Part shown: positions 24,649 through 34,919 of the stretch, one piece after another
How the letters are laid out: the number at the start of each line of letters is the position of its first letter
Position numbering within the stretch: position 1 is the stretch's first letter
Assembly: GCA_000697335.1 (NCBI GenBank)
Contig: JNEM01013601.1
Span: forward strand, 1-34,919
DNA from: Conidiobolus incongruus B7586
Taxonomy: Eukaryota
Direction of reading: 5' to 3'
DNA: 34,919 nucleotides
Position numbers and translations under genes: made by a program
The notes under the pieces: generated by a model
Database searches by the model: none
Seen by the model: the letters and a program-made list of their open reading frames with translations, nothing else
Told to the model about the DNA's origin: nothing

Positions 24649-27051
24649 TTTGTATTTAAAGATTAAGTCAATGTTCTAAAATTCAAATTGGAATTAATTT
24701 CAAGTTTATTAATATGACTCAAATAGTAATTGTATTGGCGATATATTATATCAAATAAGCTCTTTAATTATTTTTCATTGATTATTAAGGTATAATTATT
24801 ACACGTATTTCATTTTAAATTGATAATAAACTTACAAAATAACAAATAATTATTAATAAATAATAGATTAATTGCTATCAATAAGCCCCAAAGCCACCAA
24901 TAACCTTTTAAGAATCCTATCTAAAATTATGGGATAATACTGGGGTGTATGACTTAAAGTTATTCATATGATTTATATTATTATTTATTAATAGGTAAAA
25001 AATTGAGTTAGTTGATTGATAATCATTTTTATATTTATTTTCTAACAAAACTTCAATTTCAGTTATAAAAATGAATATTTAAATATAATACTTTTTATAT
25101 TCCTTAGTCACTTTTAATAATTTTTAGTCAAATATGTTGTACAATTATTTTAATCCAATTTGGATGATTCTTCCAAAGAATCAGTAAATCCAATATTAAT
25201 ACTTCTACTATATCAAATATTTTAAAATTCGGCCTTCGTATACAATAACTTAAGCTGAAAATTAATGGTAATTATTATTGAAGATATTTGTATAAAACTC
25301 TATTAATTATAATTATATCCAACTAATTTATGATAAAAAACTGAATAAGATATAAATAATATTGCATTTATGAATTTCAATCAATTATTTAGATAAATTA
25401 CTAATTATTGTATAAATATTTTATTATTATAACTTTCAATTATTATACTTTCATTAAGTTTCAAATATAATTTTGAATATAATATTTTAACACTTAAAAA
25501 AATAAAAAAAATTCATAAAAATAATTACTAATATTTAAGATTTTAAGATTACTAATTTAAAAATTTGAATACTATTAAAATATAATTCAATCAAAAGTTA
25601 TAATACTTTATTTCTTAATAACTTCTAAACAATAAACATCTACAAATATGCATCATATAATTATACAAAATAGTGTCTTAAAAAGAAAATATTTATCATA
25701 TCTTTATCGGATAAAGTGTATTAAAAACTTATATATTAGATATATTATTTTTATTCTGAAAATGATTATATTGAAATAGAACTATGATAAAAATAATAAC
25801 TCCCAAATTTGTAAATTAAATTTTGATAAATTGAAAAATAATAAAAATAATATGATCGCATTGAATGGAAAGAAAACTAATATCACTGGCGTAGGGTAGG
25901 TATTAATTATAATATTTAAGAAGTATATTAATCATAAATTTTGATAAAGCATACTATGTATCAATTTTATAAGTTCATTTCAGATTAATTATCTTTATTT
26001 TGAAGTAGTTGAAATATTATATAGAGCTATTATTTTTTGACATATTAATTAATAGTATTTTTTTAGGATTACAATAAAAAAACTTGGTAATATACATACT
26101 TATAATCAAATAACCAAAAAATATATTTCAAATATAATTCTTAAAAATTTTATCACTATGTATTTTATTATTATATTTATTTGTATTATTTACATATTGT
26201 GAGTAATAAATAACTTTTATTTGAATTTAACTGATATAAATTTTGTTATGATTAAAATTTGAAAAATAATAGTATTTCTCAAATCACAAATAATATAATA
26301 GGAAGTTAATTTATAAATTATTTGATATCATTTTATATTATTGCTTTAATCAATATTCAAGATTCATTGAAATAAAAATAATACTTTAAAATTAAATTGA
26401 TGATACAATATTATTAACTTGTAATTATTAAAAATTATTAAAATATTCAAAAACTATTATAAAATTCAATATTTGAAATTTAATAATAAATAGTAGATTA
26501 ATCTTTAAAAATATTTTTAAATTTTAGAAAATCAAATGAAATATTGATAGATCAATTTAGTATATTTGATATAATCATTGATATATTAGTAATATATTAT
26601 TATAACAACAATTGAATATTTTAAAAATTTTAATTAAAATAGTAGTTAAGAAATTTCAATATTTTTGGTAGATTATTATTTTTAATTAATTTATATTAAT
26701 TTATTTATTAATTATTATTTTGGATATAAGATTGATTTTCTAAGCTTTATTAAGCCACCATAAAACTCAGTTGATAAATATAATAATAATAATTATTATT
26801 ATTATAACAATGACGTGGAAAGTTGTCAATATAAGATAATATCATAATGAGTGTGGATAATTTAACTTCTTACAGTTTATTATAGTAAATTGAGTTTTCT
26901 GAAATAATAATATTTTAGTTGTCAATATTTCAAATACTGATTGAGGTTTATTTTTGTTTTGGGTAATTCAATAAAATTGATAGGTAAAATTCAATTGAGT
27001 CATATGATATTACATGTTTTGTTCTTTGGGAAAGCCTACCAAGTGATAAAA

Positions 27052-27690
27052 TTATACATTGGATGTAGAGTTATGTATTCTGACAGTGGGCGGTGATGTA
27101 ACGATTTCTGAAGTGGGAGTCGCAGATTGTGTCATCTCGGACTTGCGAGGTTGTTCGTATATAGGAGGCGTTTCTAGCGCGCATTGGTATGAAGGAATCG
27201 TGACATGTGAGCTGTTTTGATGTCTCCACTCACTGGTGGGAGAATATTGAGTGTGTGAAACTTCCAATTCAAGCAATTTGATGATCTTGACACGACGGTC
27301 TAACCTTAGCATCCTCCATATCAGAATAGACACCAGGAAAGTGATGACCACCATCCTTGAGATATGCAGGATCATATCGTTATTAATATGGAAATTTAAA
27401 ATATAGCTAATACCCACAAAAAGTACACAACAGAATAGGATGATGAGACCTTCAGCATTGCCAGCCTTGAGGCAATTGTTCCTGAACTTGGATAGAAATC
27501 GAGCATTTTGATATCCTAATATTTCACTTTGATATTTATCAAGAGATCGACTGAATACCAGTTTCGACCACTTGGGAACTGGATCCGAGTATGTGGGTAG
27601 GGTTGGTCCTGCGGGTGTCGTGGTAAATCCGGATAAATCAATGTCATTGTGTCTTCCGGTAAAACTGGTGACTAGAACCCCTATCGTCAT
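27052..27690 (-). CDS. Hypothetical 2-TM membrane protein with PY motifs, probable paralog of 14122..15093
   Basis: 212-aa GC-richer ORF with two hydrophobic helices. Contains LPTY (N-terminal), IPSY and PPIY (C-terminal). Shares P.W.KL.F and T(L/I)P(T/S)YQ...E.PP.YE with the 14122 protein. Confidence 0.82.
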   Translation of the reverse strand: MTIGVLVTSFTGRHNDIDLSGFTTTPAGPTLPTYSDPVPKWSKLVFSRSLDKYQSEILGYQNARFLSKFRNNCLKAGNAEGLIILFCCVLFVGISYILNFHINNDMILHISRMVVITFLVSILIWRMLRLDRRVKIIKLLELEVSHTQYSPTSEWRHQNSSHVTIPSYQCALETPPIYEQPRKSEMTQSATPTSEIVTSPPTVRIHNSTSNV

Positions 27691-30600
27691 GACTATATTG
27701 TTTTCATATAAAAAAATATTAAAATTCTAAAAATAATGAAGGTCCGGGCGTTGGATCATATCAGTTATTTATATATTACTAATCTCACCTACTTTTCCAC
27801 TTCAAATAAAATTCTATTTATTTGACCCAATTATGATCATATGATGATATTTGATATTTTGATCACAATTTCTGGTAGAATGATTATGAATCAAATTGGA
27901 TTTTAAACCACTTCTTAATTACCCAATCAAGTATAATATTAACTTGAATTTGGCTAAGAAAAATTGTAAAGCTGACAAAAATTCACCTTTTAAATCCGTT
28001 TGAAAGTTATTAAAAAACTACATAATAATCTTTGACTATTAGCATAAAAGAGCGATGGTTGCTTTCTAATAACAAACTTAAACCTTCAATACAATGCTGA
28101 AACCTGAAAAAAATGAAACATTAATCTCCTTATTGGAATGACACTAATAAAAAAATTAATTAAATCATTGTACTGGATCAAATATTCTAAAAAGAAGTTG
28201 GAAAATTTAATACAACAGGTGAACTTAATTGCTTAATTTAGTAACCTCAATATTTTTGAATATGTTTATAACCTTCTATTCTTCCATTGTTACCTGTATA
28301 ACGTTTTACTAATGCAATATTATTGATTAATATAATGTCGATTTTTATCATTTTTAGTAATATTTAAAATTTTATAATTTTAAAGCTTTTTTTTCTAATT
28401 TAAAAATTTTAACTTTTGTCAGTTAATTTGATTTGAGTATTTATGTACAATTAGAATAGTCAAAACTAATGAAATTATTGTAGTTTAGTCACTATATAAA
28501 GACTTCAAAAATATTTAAAACTTACATATCCTTGAATTAATTCTTATATTTTCATCCTTTTTTAAGTATTAATGATGATTTTTATATTGCATAAATTTCT
28601 AATTTCTTTTACCTTGAATATAAATTACTATTTAGTAGTTCTGGATCGATATTCTACATGATTTATATTGTCAATAAATGAGTATTTGCATCCTATGAAC
28701 TAATCAAATCACCTTTAAATATCAAGCACGTTGCTATTGGCATGAACTCTTTAATTATTCTTTTTTTATTAATTATAGATAATTTCTTTTCTCACTTAAT
28801 TTTCACCTAATATTTCACTAGTTGTTTTGATTAGCTTGAGACCTTATTATGAACAAATTTTCTAAAATGATAATTTAATAATATAGTTTATACTAATTTA
28901 TTTTTATATTTTTTCATATTTAATATTTGTTTAAATATTATCAATTTTGTATTATTATTATTATTATTAATCACCGTTAAACCCATAAGTTTAGGTACAT
29001 TATAAATAACCTTGAAATAATTAATCAATTTTGTTCTAATAAATGTCATAATATTATATAAATTTGATAAACGGTTATATAAAGATAAATACAATTAATA
29101 ATGAAAAAAAAAATGTTTTTAATTAAAATATTGATTGCTTTAGTCTGTTTAATTCGATTCTGATATCCAATAAATACAAGATATACTGATCAACGCTTAT
29201 TATCTTTTAATTATTGAAATATAAAAGAAAAATTTGAAATCATAGTTTAAATTATATTTACTTTCAGCGTTATGTATCTGTACATTTCTTATCGAAATAG
29301 AATTAATTCAATATATTATATATCAACAATACTTAGCATTTCATATCTAAACCAAGGTATTTAAATTTATTGAATATCGATGGAATATATTTTATCACTA
29401 AATTGCAAATCAATTAAGATTTTTGATAGTATTATTAACTGTTAAAATTTTAATAATATCAATCTATATTCAATATTTATTATTATACTTTGAGAATTTT
29501 GATAAAATTGGTGATAATAAATATATGATAGTTGGAATATTATTATAATCCTTCTATATAATATCTTATTATACTATATATATATATTTTATCATATTTA
29601 TTTAAAAACAAATTATTTTAGAAAGGTTGATTAACTTAAATAGTGCGATGTTCATTGAAAAATATGAAGTATAAAGTATAAAGTTTAATGTGTAGCATTA
29701 ATTAAGGGATTAAATATCATCTAGTATTTTAATAAATCATATAGTTCATTATTTAATCCAATACTTTGAAAACTGTATATATTTTTCCGATTTATTTGAC
29801 CAATATCACCTGAAAATTATATTGCGACTAAGTTTAGTTTATTTTTAGTTCATATTTGTTTATAAAAAGTTATTAAATATAATTAATTTTCATTTTCTTA
29901 TATTAATAATCAAGTTTAAACACCAATTAAGTATTTTATCGTAATACATTGATAAATGAAGTATTCTCTTTAAAGATATATAGTAGATGAAAGCATTGAA
30001 AACCTAATACCAATTGATAAAATTATATTTTATTAGAACCAATAAGCATATTTCACTAACTTTCAGATATATATATATTTATAAACCTATATATATCCTA
30101 TATCTATTATAAAATTATTTTTAATATTGCTTTTGGAATGTATATATTTGCTTTATATTCTAATAATAAGAATAATGGAATAAATTAGAATAAATTTAGA
30201 ATTAGCTTTTTCAAATTCTATTCTGACAGGTATTTAATTAATGAACAAAACGTTAATGACTATTATTAATAAATAAATATATATATACTTACTCCACTAA
30301 TATAAAATATAATTTTTATCTTAACAATTTTATGAACATAAATTACATTATAACAATATAATATTTAGATATTTGAACCAAATGAATATTATTACTCTTG
30401 ATATTTAATTATCAATATTTTTCAATAAAAAAATAAAATATTTAATATATAATTTACAAAAATAAATATATACATTTTAAATTCAGTAGTCAATTTAATT
30501 ATTGATAGTTTTTTGCTATAGTTTTGTTAAACTTCTAAAAATAACTTTTTTTTATTAAACACTAATTTAAAATTTTACAAATTAATTAAATTTTTAAGTG

Positions 30601-31422
30601 AAAATTTTCTTTAAGATTAATTTTAATTGCATAAAAAATTATAATTATACAAGTCATTTAATAATGAATATATCAAATATAATACCTATTTCTAAATATT
30701 CTTAAATATAATTATTTTATAAATATTATATCAAATAGTAAATGTCTTTAAATTATATTATGAAAATTAATTATAAATAATTTTATATAAATAAACAAAT
30801 ATAGAACTAATTATTAAATAAGTTTCCCTTAAAAACTAAATAAGAATAGAATACTCTATTTTAATATCGCAGATTCATAGCCATTCTCAAATTTACCAAA
30901 TATCATAACACAATTCATTTCCTTATAAATAATTAAATAATATAACCTTTTATAGGTAATGGCCTCTAATATAGTCAGTCTGTTGATAGTTTTTTCTTGG
31001 CTTAACTTCCTTTATAATCTGATTTTACTTGATTAATTTAATAAAACCAATTTTTATCTAATATAATTAATCTTTTATAATAACTAATATTTACTTATAA
31101 ATAAGCTATTTTAGTATTTTAAGTTTTATTTAATTTATTAATTGATTTTTTATATATTGATATATGTAATATATTTTTAAATTTAATATTAAAATACTTT
31201 GATAACTTTTTTGCTAAAATTAAATAATTTTTTTAAATATATTCTTTATTAAAATAAAATTTAAATATAAGTTAAATTAATCTTTTAAATTCTAAATACT
31301 TTAATTTAATTTCTTTAACTATAGAATAATTTAATTAATATAAATAGTTTTAAAAAACCTATTGTTGAGTTTTAATAATATTATTATAAAATATTTTTGA
31401 TAATTATTATTTATTTAATATA

Positions 31423-31694
31423 TATTAATTTGCAAAAGTGAGTTATAAAATAAAAATCATTTAAATATTTACCTTTAACTAAAATAATTTTTAACTAAAT
31501 TAATTTAAATTAAAATTTATAATTAAAATATATTTTCTAATTATAATAGGTTATATTTAATTATATTTAATATATTATTAGTTAATATATCAAATTTTAA
31601 ATTTTAAATAAAATAAATTATAAATTTATAGGTTTATAAGTTTAAAGGGTATATAAAGCAAATATTACTTAAATTTTTTTTATTAAATTATATA
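31423..31694 (+). mobile_element. Extra Tc1-family TIR (5'-type end of a third copy), abutting copy B
   Basis: TA|tattaatttgcaaaagtgagttataaaataaaaat matches the element terminus TA|cactaacctaccaaagtaagttataaaatcaaaaat. The inner direct repeat sits at the same 175-nt spacing (31438 and 31613). The inner flank aaagggtatata resembles the reverse complement of the 5' TIR flank at ~33037-33046. Confidence 0.65.
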
Positions 31695-31696
31695 TA

Positions 31697-33269
31697 CACT
31701 AACCTACCAAAGTAAGTTATAAAATCAAAAATACTTATATTTTTACTAATAACTTCATTAATATTTAATAAAATAAACTTAAATTAAATAATTAAAATCT
31801 ATTATATTTATTAGTTATATATATCATTAAATGATGATATTTAGCTATTAATTGGTTAAAATATAAACTCTTAAATTTTACCTAAGGTGAATTATAAATT
31901 TGTAGGTTTTTGGTGATAAAAAAAAATTAAAACCTAGTATATCTACCTTTAACTTTTCTAACTTTTTTAAGTTTGTGTGGTATAAAATCAACTAACTTCT
32001 TACACTAAAAAAAGTTAATCTTATTCTATACTTCTTGAATATATTTTTAAAGTTGATCTAAATTTTTTACTGGGGGGAAAACTTTAATAGCTTTTTTTAA
32101 CTAATCCTAAAGGTATTTAATTAGATTAAAGTTAGGAGATTGAAGAAGCTATTTTATAACTGTTATCTTGTTATTTTTAAGCTATTTGGTAGTAAAAGTT
32201 ATAGTATAGCAAAGGGTATTATCTTACTAGAAAATAATATTAGATTTATTTAACCTATATTATTCAATGGTTTTTTTTAATTCATTGTTTAAAATACTTT
32301 AATACATCTCAATATTAATTTTTTTATTAACTTTACAAAGATACTTTATATCTAAAAACAATATATATCCTTAAATAATAATTAACCTACTATTATACTT
32401 TTAGGTAAAATTAACATAATAGTTATAAAGTAGTTTTATATCTTTTTTAAAGTATTTAGCTTTTTTATTAGATTTACTAAAGTATATTTTTGTTTCATTA
32501 AACTAAATAACCTTACTCTAATCAGTTTTAATTTAACATTAGTAGCAATATTTAAGCTTTTACCTAACTTTACAATAGGATTTTTTTAATTAAAGGTGTT
32601 TTTTCTTAAAGTATAAGTAGTATCTATGCTAATATAAAACACATATAATAGTATTAGTGCTAATTAATATTCTTATATAGTTTTATAGTTCCTGTTATAT
32701 TTCTACAATAATATTATATTTACCTATATTAACTAACTTATAAATATACTTCTTATTATATTCATCTATAATTTTAATATACTTAAGTTTAAGTTTAAAT
32801 GTTTTTTTATTGTTATTCTTAACAATTTTAACTATAATAAACTAGCTAACACTAGTAATTCTAGTAATATCACAAGTTAATTTACCTTCTTTATAAAGTT
32901 GATTAATGTACAAGTAAATTTTTTTAGAGAGGGATTTAAACATAATAATACTAATAAAAAGAATTTAGTATATCTGTAAAATATTATATAAAATAATAGT
33001 AAAGAGAGAAAAAAAATATGGTTATATATTGTTAAATATATCCCTTTATCTCAAAAACCTGTAAATTTATAACTCACCTTAGTTAAATATTAAAGGTTAA
33101 TATTTTTGCTAATAGTTTACTAAATATATCTAAATATATTTATTTATTATTAAATAATATACCTTAATTATATATTATAATTTCAAGTAATCTAATATAT
33201 ACAATTGTTTTAGTTATTAATTAAAATATATATATTTTTAATTTTATAACTTATTTTTACAGGTTAGTG
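31697..33269 (-). mobile_element. Full-length Tc1-family (DD34E) transposon, copy B, 1573 bp, long imperfect TIRs of IR/DR type, TA target-site duplication
   Basis: Termini are TA|CACTAACCT... (31695-6|31697) and ...AGGTTAGTG|TA (33269|33270-1). TIRs span ~31697-31920 and ~33045-33269, each with two copies of a GTGAGTTATAAA(A/T)T-like motif. A transposase relic lies between them. Confidence 0.93.
31927..32943 (-). pseudogene. Tc1 transposase pseudogene (copy B), 339 codons with no net frameshift
   Basis: ATG to TAA spans 1017 nt. It reads EGKLTCDITRITSVS* (HTH), D*SKVI*FNETK (=WSKVIWSDETK), IF**DNTLCYT (=FQQDNAPCHT), *LLQSPNFNLIKYL* (=WPPQSPDxNPIEHLW) and KVKGRYTRF*. There are 34 residues between the second D and the E position. 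Confidence 0.93.
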
Positions 33270-33580
33270 TATTTATTAAATCAAATTTAGTTATTAACTA
33301 TATAATATTAAAAATCTTTATGATATAAATATTTTACTTTACTTAATAACTCAAAAAGCCTTATTAATTTTGAAACTTTAATTTAGTTTATTTATATTAA
33401 AAATCAATATAATATTATTAATAATTATTTAATCTTATTAAATAATTCTTATATTATTTATTTTTGAAATTAATAATATTAAATATAAAATAAAAAATTA
33501 TAAATATTATTTATATTTTTTCTTATATTATAATTTATGGTTTTAAAATAATTTTAATTATAAACATTAGTATTAAGTTA

Positions 33581-33640
33581 ATATAAAATAAGTTTTAATA
33601 ATATAAAATAAGTTTTAATAATAATAAATAATTTTTAATA
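33581..33640. repeat. Short tandem repeat, 20-nt unit x3
   Basis: atataaaataagttttaata occurs twice perfectly, followed by a degenerate third copy. Confidence 0.7.
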
Positions 33641-33836
33641 AGGTTATTTTTAATAGCTTTCATTAAATAAATAATTGTAACTATTATTTTTATAATTAAA
33701 AAAAATTATTTATTTACTTTTTTATATTATTTTATTTTATTATTACTCTATATTTTTAATAATGGGAATTTTTTGTAATTAAAAATAAATTAATATTTTA
33801 ATATATAATATATGAAAATAAATATATAATATAAAT

Positions 33837-34870
33837 TTAATAGTTTTTTTATTATTAATAACTTTTTATTATATTTTTGATACAGATTTAATACTTAAAA
33901 AATAGTTCTTTTTATTAAAAACTAGAATTTGATATTTTACAAACCAATTAAATTTTTCTATAGATATTTTCTTTCCTGCAAGCTGGTTTTTTAATTATCT
34001 AAAGCAATTATAATCACATAGGTTATAATCTAAAGAATATACTAGATATAGTAGTTTTTTCCAGTTATTTTTAATTAGAAAGTTTTTTATAGCTTTAGAT
34101 TTATGAATTTTATAATTATCATGCAAAATAATAAATCTTCTAAAATTATATTAAAAACACCAATTAGAAATATTTTTATTTAAAAAAACAATATAAAATT
34201 TACTATTAATTGATTTTCTTTTAGAAACTAAATAAGAATAGCATATACTATTATAATTTATTATAGTAATTAATATTTGTTTATTAATAAAATATTTATT
34301 TAAAGGGATTTGTAAAGGAGGTTAATTTAGCTTAATCTAGCATCTTGATTTATGTTTTAATAAAAGATTATACATAGGGATTTAAAATTCATCAATTGTA
34401 ATTATTCACTGTAAAAATTTAGGCTTCTAGTAATATTTTAGTAAGTTTTGTTTAATAATAATTACTCTAGTTTTTTTCTAAGCTCTAGTTAAATTATAAG
34501 GTATCTATTTTATATTTTTATTTATTAATTTGAGTTTAAACTTTAATATATATATAATACTTCTAAAACTAATATTAAAGTGCTTAGATAATTCTCTAGC
34601 TAAAATAAAAAAATACTTTTTAATAAATTTTTTCACTTTATTAATAATTGAAAAAGTAAAAGTTAAAGTTAGTTTTTTAAATTTTAACATGTTTTAGATA
34701 GTTTCTCTTTTAGCTTTAAAGTAATTTACCTAGTAATAAATTGTTGATTTAGATGATATTTTATTACCAAAAACTATTTATAAATTTTAAATAATTTTAA
34801 AGGGCTTATAGTTAAGTTTTACCTATACTAAAATAAAAAACTTTTGATGATTACTATTTAGTTTAAGCAT
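33837..34870 (-). pseudogene. Mariner-family (DD34D) transposase pseudogene; the element's 5' end runs out of the window
   Basis: One essentially continuous frame from ATG 34870: VFGNKISSKSTIYY*VNYFK (HTH), K*IPYNLT (=WVPHEL), FLQ*IITIDEF* (=FLxRIVTxDExW), ILHDNYKIH, LLYLVYSLDYNLCDY (=PHPAYSPDxxPCDY), I**KVI (=WQKVI). There are 34 residues between the second and third D. ORF 34505..34690 is a stop-free piece of it. Confidence 0.9.
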
Positions 34871-34919
34871 AATTAAATTTAACAGCTAATTTTAAAAAGT
34901 TAATTTTTTGAATAAAAAA

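Noticed and set aside
28888..29094. 68-aa minus-strand ORF
   Set aside because: Non-ATG start; I/N/K/L-rich translation of extremely AT-rich DNA including an (AAT)n run.
34505..34690. 61-aa ORF as a small gene
   Set aside because: It is a stop-free internal piece of the mutated mariner transposase.
31927..34870. Alternative genetic code (TAA/TAG read as Gln or Trp) making the transposases intact
   Set aside because: Host genes terminate in TAA/TAG and use CAA/TGG normally. The stops fall at both Gln and Trp positions and are accompanied by missense transitions in catalytic motifs (D->N, E->K, P->L).
1..34919. CRISPR arrays, rRNA, prokaryotic operons or LTR/LINE retroelements
   Set aside because: No repeat-spacer periodicity, rRNA-like segment or RT/integrase motifs were seen, and spliceosomal introns indicate a eukaryotic nuclear locus.

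Overview
Very AT-rich eukaryotic DNA. It is fungal by gene content and by its short (about 50-60 nt) GT-AG introns; an early-diverging fungus such as a zoopagomycete or mucoromycete is my inference, not proven. A ~29 kb gene-sparse island holds: a PNGase A gene plus a broken tail-to-tail paralog, tRNA-Ala(UGC), a 1-Cys peroxiredoxin, a spliced Bet1-like SNARE, a spliced mitochondrial pyruvate carrier, two related orphan 2-TM proteins with PY motifs, and a profilin cluster (one canonical, one divergent, two clear pseudogenes, perhaps one more remnant). Both ends of the window are nests of dead Tc1/mariner DNA transposons that the ORF track does not identify. These are a complete 1573-bp Tc1 (DD34E) element with IR/DR ends and TA target duplication, a second inverted copy of it, and a mariner (DD34D) element with a second partial copy. 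The main signal is how these elements died: dense C->T/G->A transitions with many CpA->TpA changes and nearly intact reading frames. This is a RIP-like genome-defence signature, in an organism that does not look like the lineages where RIP is established.
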